Shown here one piece after another: positions 24,786 through 38,539 of a DNA stretch of 57,219 nucleotides. The DNA is from Paraglomus brasilianum. Lineage: Eukaryota. Location: assembly GCA_910592345.1 (NCBI GenBank), contig CAJVPI010000087.1, positions 1-57,219 of the forward strand. The letters run 5' to 3'. Positions within the stretch are counted from its first letter, which is position 1; each line of letters begins with the position of its first letter. The position numbers and the translations under genes were made by a program. The notes beneath the pieces were generated by a model. The model was not told the DNA's origin. It saw nothing but the letters and a program-made list of their open reading frames with translations, and ran no database searches.

Positions 24786-25604
24786 GGTGACAACTGAAAA
24801 ACAATAAGAATAAATGTTATTATCAAATATTTATCAATCTCCATATGCTATATAAGTTAATTATCGTCGCCAGGGTAAATTAAACCTTTGAAAGGCAAGA
24901 GTATAACAAGTTAGTATATTAATATGTATCCCTGAGAGATTATATAGGCATTGAAAAGGATGGGGGACACTTCCTGAATAGTATTGGTCTGTTCGTTCGA
25001 TTTGCTTTAATTCATCCTCAGTTTACGTAAGAATTACTAAATTAGTTCTATGTTGGTTTAATTTGGTAAAGGATTAACAATGTCAAATGCTCCCTGTTTT
25101 GTCGGAACAAAGAAAAAGAAAAAGCAAGAGGAAAGATAAATCAAATAAAATCGATACATTCTATATTGATAGCCATTAAAAGATTGCACGAGCACGCAGA
25201 GAGAATGTATGCACAAGAAATAGTATATTAAAGGATACACGACAGATAGGTTAATTAATATTTTTCTTACGACATTGACAGCATTAGCAAACACATCGAA
25301 TAGACTTCATCATATTTTACCAATTACCGACCACCCTTGAACCCGTCTACGAACCTGTATGCACAACCCCCTTTCTATATCCATCTGACTTCGTATCACC
25401 AAAAATATCCAATCCAAGACGATATTCCCCATCGTTAACAAAGTGCTCGGTGACCTTTCAACCTACAAAATACTTCAATTTTTGTAAAGTCTTATACAGC
25501 GCCTATCAACACCTTTCAACCCTTAACTATTTCTCCTGTTAATAATATTACTCCCTTCTCTTTCAGCCGGAGTGACTGTCTAAAATTCATATAGGCACAC
25601 CAGG

Positions 25605-28600
25605 ATGGCCGCAGCCCAACCGAAAACACCCCAAACGCCATTACTATTCGGTCTTTCTATGAGCGACATGAACAACACACTTACCGTTAATATACCGAAA
25701 CAAGCGGCTTCTTCGCTTCCTAACTCGCCCTCGGTTCTGAGTCAAATGTATCCTAAACACAATGAAAATGGATATTTGAATATACCAAGTATTATAACCT
25801 CAAGAGAGGGAGGAAGTATGAGCGTAAATAGCCTGAGCAATAATAATATGAATAACGGTATGGCTAGCAGTGTATCTGACTCTTTCACTCTTCTCGGTAA
25901 CGAAGCCGGAAAGAACCAAATACACCAGGCGATCTCTGCTCCTGTGACGCCCACCAGCAGTGGATTCGGTCAGCCTCCGAGAAGAGGAGGTAAAGGGAAT
26001 GGAATGAATAATGGCAATGGAAACAATGGCAATAATGGCAATAATAACGATGGAAAGCCTACTGGACCAAAGAGTAAGTATTGAATTTTAAGTAGATTAG
26101 ATTAGTTCAACGGATAAGGGAATGGGTGATAGTCGTCGACGATTCATTTGGTCAAGACGGTCGCTACAACGTTGGGCCTCTGGAAGTATTGGTCTTTTGG
26201 TTTGACCGTCATCAATTTCGTCAGTAATTCGTTATTGATAAATTACGCGTCCTAGAGAATGGACTATAAAATAATCAAGATGGAGAAATGATATCTATTC
26301 CTAAAATAACAGACGGTTGCTATGGGAAGGATAATTTATGTCTAGAAAATTGACCGATAAGCATTTCAAGCAATATTTTTCAAGCACTCTTCCTAGCATT
26401 GATATGTTTTTTCAATACTTTTTATTCATTGGATGGGGAAAGTCTGCGTTAATATGATTTCTAGCAAGGACTTGTTCGCTACATCCCTTTTCTCTTGAAT
26501 GGTATTGAGTAGCGATTACAAGAGAAATTGTAATCACGCATTTAGTCTATCTTTTCGTTATAAGGGATACCTTTTCTCAAAGGATGAAATTTCCAATCGT
26601 TTCCTTTCATGAGAGGTGTCTTATTTGACAAGTGTCATGAATACTGAGAGTTAATGATCAAGAATCACGAATTAGCGCTTCAATCAGTCAAGTTTGATTG
26701 AGTGGTTATCTGTTGATCCATTCACCATTCGTCTGCACGACTTTCTGATACTCATTCATTTCTCTTTCCTCTTTTTTCCCCTCCCGTACATTACTCCCTT
26801 GCTCTGCTACAGGTAATAGTAATCTAGCCCACATCCCTTGCAAATTCTACAAAAGCGGCGCATGCACTGCTGGTAAGAACTGCGTCTTCTCCCACGAGAA
26901 AAACCCGTCACCCGACAACTACGTATGTAAATATTACATAAAAGGCAACTGCAAATTTGGATCAAAGTGTGCGCTATCCCATGCTACTCCCGCCGATAGA
27001 AAAAACCCTCGATCCAATAAACAACAAACCCAGAACATATCCCGTCTTAATGGAAACAACAACAACAACAGCAACAACAACAACAACAGCAACAGTAATA
27101 ACAACACAAACAACACAAGCAACAACACAAACAACACCAATGGCATTAATATTGGAATCAACAGTATGATGGCTAATGCCAACATCCCGGAAATCAGATC
27201 ACCAGCAATGCCACCGAATGGATATTCAGATAACGACTTTCCACCAATGAATTCACCCAGTTCGTTTTCTCGCATTCCGATAGTCAATGGCGAATTCTCA
27301 GCTACTCGTCATATGAGTCAACTGACAGCCTCACTGACATCGTATCCAGAGGACATGAACGTACGAACTCCAGTTTCACCTCAGTTTGGAGATCATCTGA
27401 CCGCTCCGATGCAGATACACGCCGCACATCGGCGCTCGCTTCCCGACATCTTTCGTTATCCTCAAGACGCATATGGCACTAGTCCATATCAACTATCAAA
27501 GCCGCTTTACATTCCTGTTTCAATGACTCCTGATAATAACCTCTTGTCCCCAACTATGAACGGACCGCTGCAGAGCATTCCCGAGAATTGTGCTCAGCAT
27601 GATGATATCCTGGATGATAGTATTCTGTTTGACTATGAAGAATTTCTGCCATCGTCGTTGAACGATCTGTTGACACCGGTGGAAAGAGAAAGGAGAAGAA
27701 GCAGACAAGAAGAAACGTTCGAACCTTCACGTCGTATATTCCCACCCAATCTACGACCGCTTCCGGTTGATACGACGCATAAAAACATGTACAACAACAA
27801 CATCGACCCATCTCACATCCATCCATTTGTCGGTCGATCGTTACCGCACGGAGTAAGTCTCGGGCTTGCTGCAAACTATCTTCCCAACAATGCCGACTCG
27901 ACTCACTTGTCGCCGACCGCTCAGTACGAATTCAATCCAACGATTCGATCTCCTACTTCTCCGTCTTCCACGATGAATCCGTTTTCGCCAGTCGATACTT
28001 GGCATCCACTTCTCTCGAATACTCCTCACCATACTTCTCCGACGACTTCCTCTCATCACCTTCCAAACCCGTTTACCTTGCCTGACCACCGATCGCATAG
28101 CTATGCGACTCCTGCTATAAATATCCCATCACATGATATGTATTCGCCTACGTCACCAATATTTCATGACCCAGTTAAAAGTCAAAAAAATGGAGGCAAC
28201 GGTTTGGGAAGAATGCTCACCCCTGATCCATTCCCAACGGTTACTCCTTTCTCTCCCGACGACGATGTCCAGTTCCAATTTTACATGGAAGACGACAAAG
28301 GAGAGTTAGGAGAAGTTGTGCATAGTGGAGAAGGTGCTCTTGAAGACAAGGACGGAGTTAGTAATGTCGAACATGGTAGTATCAACACGAACGGAACTGC
28401 GACTGTGGCCGCAACCGGAAGTGAGAAAACGGAACAAGACGAGTCGTCTAAACAACGGCTAAGCTATTCAGATATTACTAAAACAGGAATTAAAGACTCC
28501 GGTGCTGCTGGAGGTATTAGTATTGACTCTCGCAGATATGAGCCGGTATGTTAACAAAAAAAAAAAAAACTTCTCGCTTTTGTTTTGCGAGACGGGGAGC

Positions 28601-30623
28601 ATATTAAAAAAAATTCGTCATTATAAAATAGTACATAAAAAAAGTTTTGGATTTTTATAACAAAGAGGTTTATTATTATTGTTTTATTGTCATAAACTTG
28701 TAAAGCATAAAAATTTATAAAAGCGCAAGAGCGTAAAAGTATTATACTTGCTTTAAATAATCCCTCAACCAGAAAAAAAAAAGAGAAAAAAAAAAAAGTA
28801 AAGAACATATAATATAGGGGTTTGTAGTTTATGCATAGTCTGTTTATTGGCACTTTTTACGGTAGCCTTTCTTTTCCCTGTTCCCAAAGACAAAAAAAAT
28901 TATATATACTGTATATACCAAGCCCCCTCTCCCTCCACCCCATCCCCCATAACTTTGTTATTGTTATTATAAAAAAGCCTTATTCTTTTGTTTTTTCTTG
29001 GTTCTCTACGGAGAGTACATAAATATCTGCGTTTATTCTTTTCTTTTTCTAGTCTTTTATATTATTCTTCTCTTTTATCTTTTTATATTTCTTTATTTCT
29101 TTTCGTTATCCTCTTTGCTCTTAAAATCTTTTTATTTGTGTAGAAAAAAAAAGTTTTTCAACAGAAATTTGCAAACAAAATCTCTAACAAAAAAATTAAT
29201 AAAACTGTGCTTCTATTCTCCACTTTTCTTCGTCTTTCTAACTCATCTATGTACATATACATCTATCTATCCATCCATCCATCCTTACATACCTATCCGT
29301 ATTATCTGTCTAATCAATTACCGTAACATCATCTAACACATTATATCATTTATCCATTATTCTCAACACAATCGATCCTCGCATCGTCAATGTTATCACA
29401 ACGTCCTGAACGTTTGTATGTATCTCAAAGCTATGTCCCTTTGCCATGGCAGGAATCTGTAGATACGGTGATAGATGTCGTAATCTACATGGATTATCAT
29501 GTCCCAAGTGTCGGAAACTAGTCTTGCATCCGCGGGGGTCTGCCGAGGAACATCAAGGTAAGGAGACGTCGGGGAAGAGAGGGTTTTGGTTTTATTATGC
29601 TTTCTGGGACAAGTATAGATTGGTTCATATCTTGGTTTTCTTTCGACATCGCTAGCACATATATCAAGTTGTAACCCGATTACTCAGGAAGATATTGAAT
29701 GTGGAATATGTTATGATAGAGTACTCTCCAAACCCGATGCACGTTTCGGTCTTTTGAGTAAGCATCAATCGTCGGATTTATATTTCTACTACATCTATTT
29801 TAAGATTGACCATACGCCAATTGTTTTCTAGACTGTGATCATGCATTCTGTCTATCATGCATCCGTCAATGGCGAAGCAATAACACAATGAACAATCAAG
29901 TCATCCGATCATGTCCAGTTTGCAGAGTAACTACATATTTTGTGACTCCTAGTTTGCGCTGGATTAACAATCGGGAAGAAAAGGCGAGAGTTGTTGAAGA
30001 GTACAAGCGGAAGTGTAGGTAGGTTTTACTGCGCGGAGAGTAAGAGAAGAAAACGGGGGGAGGGGGGTGTTGTATCTATCTTTGATCTATAACAAGGTTC
30101 TTTACCTTTTTATTCTTCACTGCCTCTGTTGTCTCTGCTAATCAACAATTGTGTTTCCATACCTTTGAATTACCAATCCAACAACCTCAGTACAATTTCG
30201 TGTAAGCACTTCAATTATGGCAACGGTCAGTGTCCGTTTGGTACATCCTGCTTTTACGCACACACGTACCCGGACGGCCGAAAAGAGGAATCACGTATCA
30301 GAACTGTTTGCAATGGCGAGGAAGTAAAAGTAATAAATAAAGTGCGACTGTGGGATTTTGTCGAGGATTGGGCGCAAGGACAGTATTATGATCAGCGCGG
30401 TACCGAACAAGATGGACCCGAAGAGGACGACGGTATTGAGTGGGCTGGAAATGAAGATGGAGGGGATGGGACGGATGGACTGAATGCCGACGAAGATAAA
30501 GAGGCTAACGAGGTTGAAAGCGACGTTCGGGCGAACGTGAATAGTTCAAGTAGTGGAGGACGTCCGTTGAATCCATATTTGCCAGAGTTTGTTCCGCTTA
30601 ATCGAGGGGGAGGAGGATCGTGA
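25605..30623 (+). CDS. MKRN1: Makorin-type CCCH zinc-finger/RING E3 ubiquitin ligase with Lee1/Cps3-like N-terminal half, 1016 aa; exons 25605-26073, 26813-28545, 29431-29557, 29656-29757, 29832-30018, 30191-30623
   Basis: Tandem CCCH (HIPCKFYKSGACTAGKNCVFSH; VCKYYIKGNCKFGSKCALSH), third CCCH LCPFAMAGICRYGDRCRNLHG, makorin Cys-His motif CPKCRKLVLHP...HISSC, C3HC4 RING CGICYD...FGLLNCDHAFCLSCIRQWR...CPVCR and terminal CCCH CKHFNYGNGQCPFGTSCFYAH. All junctions are GT-AG and in phase. Confidence 0.88.
27055..27137 (+). repeat. Coding (AAC)n microsatellite encoding a poly-Asn tract
   Basis: aacaacaacaacaacagcaacaacaacaacaacagc... lies in frame within makorin exon 2. Confidence 0.9.
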
Positions 30624-31086
30624 ACGAGTGAGTGCTCGTGTCAGTCTAAGTTAGAAGTTTGTCCCTTTCTATTTTCTTGTCGTTAGCATAGATATATGAC
30701 GTGATAAATGAGTTCAATGTATACACATCTAATAAAACAAAAGTTCGTCTGGTTTTTACATGTTTAAATTTGATTTATTAGTTAGTCCCTTGCTTTACGT
30801 TATTGTCTGTTAGCCAAGAAGAATTAATACACCTTCCCAAAAACATTGACCCTTCGTGGTAGCAAGAGACCTCCGGCGGGGGGGGGGGGCATTCCATATA
30901 ATAGACCACTTTAGATTATAAGTAATTTACAAAGTAATATTTCCCTATTTCACTTCCATTCACAGAATATCATGCAAAGAATATATAACCATAACTAATA
31001 CCCATATGTAAATACGTAATAGGGAGATAAAAAGTCCTTGATATATTAAATATCCCCCGAGTTAAAAAGAAGGACACAAATTCTCG

Positions 31087-32653
31087 TCAACCATCCTTAG
31101 TAATCTCTTCCATATTAACAATACCATGATCATTACTGTCGGTCCACGTAACCGACGACCTTAGTGGCGATGCAACAATCGGCGGTGGAGATCTGAACAA
31201 TTGAGACTCTGAACCAGCAGATCCGTTTCTAATGTGCGACAGTGAGGCAGGTACTGGGGATGCTAAACCTGTTGTGAGGGTATCCGTTTTCGGTTTTGCC
31301 TTTGTATTAACGCTACCGAAAGCTATGATGACTAGCGACACAGTGTTGAGAATGAACAAGGCCATAATGCCGGCACTGGCGTAGAATTTACTGAACGATA
31401 GGTTGTTTATGATGTGTTCATAGAAGCAGGCAAAGCTTACGAGGAGCGAACCCATTAAGAGAAAGGTGCTCACAAATGAGACGTGTAGGAATTTCATCTG
31501 GTAGGAAATGAAGAGATACAAAGTGAGTTATTGGGCGTAAGTGTAGGTGGGTGGTGGGTGGTAATAATAAGTAAAGATCCGCTATACAATGCGATGTGTG
31601 AATCCAATCTCCAACGTCATTGATTATTACTCGAGCTAAATACTAGTTCAAAAAGTTGCTTTCGCACACCCTCCCCCTCCTCTCTTTTCCATCAGTACCT
31701 ACCTTCAAAACACTCAACCTTAGTCTACGATGTTTTGCTTCCAATTCCTTTCCACGAGGACCAAACTCACTAAATTTCCCAACTGATCCTTTCTTTTTCT
31801 TGTCATTTCCGCTTGTCCGACTCATAGCTTTCAACAAGTAACTTCCCTCGCTCGCGATCTCTGTCAATTTGTTTCCGTATACAACATATGCTATAGCGAT
31901 TGAGAAACAAAAGACACCACCTGCTCCATATTGGATGGCATATAATATGTCTAAGTATTTGTTTATGTTGCCTTGTTGCAAGGTTGATTCTTCAGAAGGT
32001 GATGATTCCAGATCTTGTTTTTTGGTGAGAAAGTATCCAGTTAGCGTGGCCGTGGTTATATTAAAAACCAGATAGGCGACGACAAAGATGAGGTACGCGA
32101 CCATTATTGCGCGGATATTGGGGAGGTGGAGAGAGAGTTTGTGGGCTGGGGTTTGGCGGTAAAAGTGCATCCGAGGGATTGTTCTTAGTACACCGGCAAG
32201 ATATGCGGCTACGGAGACTGCCCCGATGTACCAGGAGATATGATCCACCATTAGACGAGCGATCCATTGAGAATCGAGCAAGTTATAGAGTAGGATCGCA
32301 GACATGGCTATGCGGGCTACAGATAGCATGCAATGACACGAGTTAGCAAGTGCTCGACAATACTGTATTAGTAATTTGTATCCGCATCATTAACTGTCAC
32401 ACTTACTTGCGTTCCAGAATATCTGAGTAAACAAAAAACCTTCCATTGCCAGAAATCCGCTCACGCTGAATAACCGACTTTGAGGCTTGTTATGTAATTT
32501 CCATGCTAACAGCCCTGCCGAGAACAGAAGATTGAATACGCCTAGGCATGCGGATACAGTGTGTACCATTCGGAAATAATCCGAACCTATGCAATTCGTG
32601 ACATTGATAACCCATCTAAAGTTGAACACGTGATGTTTTAGTTGTATGGACAT
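31087..32653 (-). CDS. Orphan 7-TM (GPCR-like) membrane protein, 423 aa; exons 32653-32407, 32316-31703, 31497-31087
   Basis: Three ORFs joined by in-phase GT-AG introns (GTAAGT..TAG; GTAGGT..CAG); seven hydrophobic segments, a long basic loop between TM5 and TM6 and a Ser/Pro-rich tail. Confidence 0.8.
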
Positions 32654-35600
32654 AGTAATAGTATAGTAATAATTGTACTACTGCTTGTTCTTTTGTCTCT
32701 CTACTACTAAATATCGATTACTGATTATAAAGAATACACGTCTCTCTTAATGTTGGACAAGAAACTAGATACTCTTTACTTACTGGCAATTTTGATACGT
32801 CTCGGACGTAGTGTTATATGGTAATGTTGCATCCTGTGTTTCGTTGCTCGATAAACCCATCCTCTACCGTTTTTCGGCTCTCTCTTTGATTTCTATCTAT
32901 TATTGGGACGACGTTTGATTGTAGAGTCGTCTCTGTGCTTTTAAAGCGGGAAAAACCTATGCGGGGGCCGTCCAGTTTGTATATAATCTACTCTATTGTG
33001 AATTATTGGTGCTGTTTATCCAACTGTAAGCAAGCCTCCCTGCAATAATCTGATTGATATCCCTTAATCCGATCGACTGATGCCACTCCACCTTATTTTG
33101 TGGGGAAGGTATTCGACGACTTTATAAGTTTGGGGGGGGGAATGGAACGGCCAGTATTATATAAAGGATAATGAATATGCAATGCCCGGAGAATTTTATT
33201 TAGTGAATGAGGGGTAAATATATTAATACAACATACATGTGATACAGTAAATCACTATTGTTCCCCAACCTCACCCATTGTCTACGCATCTTCTTGTTAA
33301 ACCCGTTACGTTGCATAAATGCATTTCGTGGCTTGGGCGTGCGTTTATAATTTTAAAGTGAGTACAAGGACGTTCCGGAAAGCAGTCGTATATGACTGTT
33401 CACTGCATGCAATTCAAAATTAGATGGCGTAAGAAAAAACGCTAATTGAAAAGAGAACTTTGCCAATATCAATATCCACTCATTTGCGAAATACCAGATG
33501 TCTTGTTGGTCAACAACACGGCATCGGTAAAATGTCAATCTCCAATATGGATACCATTTCATCGCAATTTCAGATTGTGTAGTGATGCTAACAATAGAAT
33601 GTATTGACAGAAATGCGATCTTGGCGAATGATTGTGTCTTGATAGGCACGAAACCGTCTGCCCGAGACCAGTGTAACACCAGCTTTATAGCCGATGATCG
33701 CAATAGTTTTATAACTGCGTCAATAAATGGAATCTAATTTGATGATCAGTCGACAAGGGCATTAGCTCGTTTTGATCAACAAAAGGTGAAACAAAATATT
33801 GGCGTTTACTACATTGGATACAATAATTAAAAAACTTTGTTAATATGTTTTGTATGCGATATTAGGCTTGCTTCTTAACTGTATTCAACAAGTGCTAAAA
33901 GAATGCCATTGCCCATCATAAGTTTACAGTGTTTTCTTGATTTGTAATAAAAAAAGCGCCTCACCAACAATGTTTGAGCAAGCATTTGATGCGTAACAAT
34001 CTTTCGGAACACCGGTTTCGTAAATTGGGGCATTATTATCATGACGAACATTTATGTTGTTTAACGATAAAACCATTTAGCATTTTACTAACATGTGTCG
34101 AGAATTAAATTTGTGATTAAATATGGCTAAGACAATAATACTGTTTAACACTTTATTATCCAGTTTCCATAAAGGTTCGACTGTTTCTGATATCTTTAAC
34201 CAGTAATATCAATCGTAGAACCTACACAGCTTGTAATCAGGAAAAAATTCCCATCTCGTAACAAATGGGTTTAGACTGTGTCTTTGATCACTCCATTGGG
34301 TTAATAAACCATACTCTAGAACGCGTATATAAGACATTCCGTCATTAACAAGATTAAGGGATAGATTTCGAGTAATGAGCGCATTGGTTTATGGAATCAT
34401 TGTCAATTTTTCACTTTAGGTCACTAAATCTTTTACCATAGCCAATCATAGTATACAAACGCATAGTATGCATCTAACAGTGGGCAAACCATTCGAAATC
34501 AGCATTGCTTTAGAAATTTGATTTTTACCACTGTGTTTTGAAAAGTGCAACCAAGAATAAAAATAAATCTGATCTTTTTCTCTTTTCAATTTCCTATCGT
34601 CGACAATCTACCTGGATAGATGGCTTTGTTTTATTGTTGTTATCACGCCAATGATGGAAATATACCATGAGGAATCAAATTATGCTTCAAAAACGGTTGT
34701 TTTTACTGAAAGCAGTCACATGAATAATATCTGGCTTTAGTTTATTGCCATTGCATGTACATTAAAACTGTCTGTCGTTCCTTGTACCCGGCCTAGAAAA
34801 AGTCTGCAATGCATGCGTACGTTGAGCTTAAAGTTTCTAGTATCTTTAGTGTTTCTTTATAAACGATAAGTTTGTTTTAATACAACTAGATGTCTTTTGA
34901 AATTTTGAAAGGCGAGAATCACTCGTTAATAATAGCACAAAAGCCAAGATCGACAACTCGGCGATTACAAGACTGTGCAGGAGTCAATCATGTCCTCATA
35001 TCATGTCATTATCACGCATCAGTCGTCGTACGATTTAAGGAGATTGGCGTTCGAGATTATTGTTACAAGATCTTTGTTTGTCAGTGCAATACCCGATGCT
35101 TCTATGATTATGACATCTTTTGTACTTATTTGATCGGGAACACTGTGCGAGTGGTGTCACAAAATGCGATCTACTAATTTTCTGCCAACTTGGGGTTTCT
35201 ATTATAAATGTCCTTTGTGCTATCCCTCATTACTCCATTAGTAAATGTTATTGATCTTGTTGACCCGTGACTTAAACTTAAAAGATAGACGTTATACTTA
35301 CGAATGCGTCATTTCTTACAATATGCTACCTTTTTGATAGAGAGGTCATTGAGAAAATTATTTGTAGTTGTAGGATAACTTTTTATCGATTATTCCTTTA
35401 TTAAGATGTGATGCATTTTTCTGTTCAGAGATATAACGTACGTAATTTGGCAAGTATTTCACTTAAAATTACAAGTCGCTTGGATCACTCTTTTCATATT
35501 CGGTTATTATCTTCACATACAGATATCGGTATGATTTTAAAAATTATCGTTAAATTGAAATACGATTTATTATCATTATTATGTTTAATTTATCCAATAA

Positions 35601-38539
35601 TTCATTTAGATCATTGTATCATTGAATAAGTGAGTTTAATTCTTCTGCACAAGCTGCATTAGAATTTATTGGTATTGCAGACAATTACCACGCTACTATT
35701 GTACTTCAAGATTAGGACTGTCCTTTCGTCTTTTTATGGTTTGGACTCTTAAATCAATGGTTCTTCTGTTCGAATCATCCATATGCTTTCAGATAATACT
35801 CCTTTCTATATGCAACGTTACTATTGTACGCACTATAAGGTAAAGACGCCCGATCTAAGCTCTATCAACATTTTGCGTTACATAAATCGGTACTCTGGTC
35901 GTAAGATAAACGCCTCTCAATACTTACCTTATCAATGTTATACTAGCACAAATGCCGTATTTCTACAGGCTAATCACCAGTTAAGATACATATTGTTGAT
36001 TCTCGCTGAAAACCGACAGCTTCACGATATCCAAGTCATGACTACCATGATGTATAGAATAACCATATGATATCCACTTCGCGTCGTACGTTGAGGTACA
36101 ATAATTGGTTAAACCACCGTTTGGATTGTATAATCCGTATGTTTGCTTCGCATTTGCTTATATTAACCTAATACTAAAACCAATGCGTATGTGGTAGTGT
36201 CCCCGAACTGTAAGATCCAATTCGAATCTAGAAGAATTCGTACTGTTCCCACATTCGAGGAACGATTGGGTTACATCTGCGTTATATTTCGAAAAAAGGT
36301 TCATAATGCTTCTTCCATATCTTGAACCGCTTAGATTATGTAACTCGAGCACGTTCTGATTTATGTTAAAACTAGCTTTAGCGCGGCCTTGCGTAGCTTG
36401 GCGATAAAGTTGCAACTCATAGTGTACATATTATTTTCGTACTTACTCTTTACGCATACTATAACCTAATAGTTATTATATCATAGTTCTGAATATTTGG
36501 GTAGTTATCTACCTCAAACTTTATCACTTCGAGAGCAGGTAATCTGTATTCGTCGATCTGTCTGAGCTGATATAAAAAACATACCTACACATTATAGTTG
36601 TTATATGGATTGTATTAAGTTACTGTTTTCTTAGTGTCAATGGTGGAAAGACATATTCCCGTATTTACTATAATATGTTGCATTTGGATCATAAGCATCC
36701 AGAAGATTTATTGCTTTTATTTATAGTGAGCATCCGATAAAAAAACTTATTAATTATGCTGTGCTTGATTATGATGTTCTGACATTAATACCAATACTCA
36801 GCATTTCCTCTACGTGTTCTATGTGTCTCGATGTTCACGTAAGTACAGCTGTAAGCGCGGAAATAAAAAGCAGGCCCTTAAGTCGTACTCACGAGCCACT
36901 TTACGATGATGACTTATTGTATCATTTCTATATTTATTTTTATGTATAGTTGGTAGTAAAAACGCGCAAACTTGAATGCAACACCTTGGGGGAGGGCTAT
37001 GTTGCATTTATGGGAATTTTACATTCACGGAGAGTTACTTAATAGGAAATAGATTTAACGATTTACATCTATTAACACTAAACAGATTTCCTTTTATTAT
37101 AATTTTCAGCTAAAGTTACGTAAAAAATTTGGCTATCAATATCCTTAATTGTTAACTAAGAATTGTGTTATGCTACTTTGTTTCATTGTTTTTCGCGAGT
37201 TAATTGCTGGCTCCCTCTTGTTGAATTAAAAACGTCTTTAATTTCTAATGCCTCATTTAACTCACTATTGGGTTTCATTACTATTATTGTCAGTTTCTTC
37301 ATCGTGTTCTCCATTAAATAAAGAAATAATCACCAATTAAAATTCTTCTGCTGTTTCAAAGCTATTGTAAACAGGATCAAACCCAAACGCTGAAAAAAGA
37401 AAATATCAATTCTTTCTTTAACATAAAACTGGGTTAATGTTGTGCGCAAATAGTGATGTTTGGAACTTGATATTGTATATAAACCATTGCACTAATCATT
37501 TTTCCGCAACAAATAACATTACGCGAATCACGCAGTTACTAGAATGGGATTATATAGGCTTTAAACGCTGACGGCACTCCCGTTTGCCGGATCACGACAA
37601 TAATTAACTGCTCTCGAGATAAATAGAACGACTACCTGTCGCTGGATTAATCATCAGTATTTCCGTTTGGGGTACACCTGGGTATTAACGCGTTATCCTC
37701 ACAATTAATTATCGTAATTCGCTACTCAGATAATCGCAGGACAAGAAGCGATTATCCTTTTCCGATATAGGAATTAGTGATTTTAACTATATCGAATAAT
37801 TCAGGGAAATACGTAAATAGTTTATGATCAGAGTAAATGCAATACTCGTTTATTAATAAGATAAATAAAGGAATCGGAAGATATATATTGATCTTTACAC
37901 TAATTGAGACTTTAAAACACATCTTCAGTAAGTTCTGTTGGTTGCCTTGTTCTTGGTTCCGTTCTTGTATGTATTTGATTCTTCCCTTGACCTCCTCTGA
38001 GACGTTTGTTAAGAATTCCCTATCCAATCTACTCGTTTGGGATGGTAAATTCAAACGTTTGTTGTAGAGTATATACTAAATCGTCAGGGTATTTTGGAAT
38101 GGACAGGAACGCTATGCTTTTCAATAACTCGATAGCACCGTGTTGTATTGTCTTAAGAACGCGTCAACCGTATTCTGAGATACTCTATGTCAAGATTGTT
38201 GATGCTTTCTCGGAACGTGACAATTCTTCGGTTTGATACTGGATCGGGTAACACTCTCCGCAAGCCTTTACTTCGGATACTTTGTTGTCGGATTGCGGGG
38301 AATTGCACGCAAGTTGCTCGTATGCAAAGTGGTGTCTAAGATACTTTCGCCGATTTGTATCAGGAGTTCTCTCGTGGTTCCTCTTTTGTGTTCCAGGTTG
38401 CAATGTTTTATCTGTAGGTCGTTTTTGTATTCAATTTAAAGTGTGAGTTTACTTCCACGGAATCCCCACCAACTGTCGAGTCAAATATCACGGGGGAGTT
38501 GAATGACACGTGACTCGTAGAGATTTAGCTGTCTTTGAA

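Noticed and set aside
26934..27287. Minus-strand poly-Leu ORF and plus-strand poly-Thr ORF
   Set aside because: Shadow frames of the AAC microsatellite in the makorin exon.
27166..28554. 462-aa ORF as a stand-alone gene
   Set aside because: It is in frame with the upstream CCCH fingers from 26813 and is part of makorin exon 2.
37752..38440. Fragmented ORFs next to the membrane-gene pseudogene
   Set aside because: No recognisable motif; no product call can be supported.
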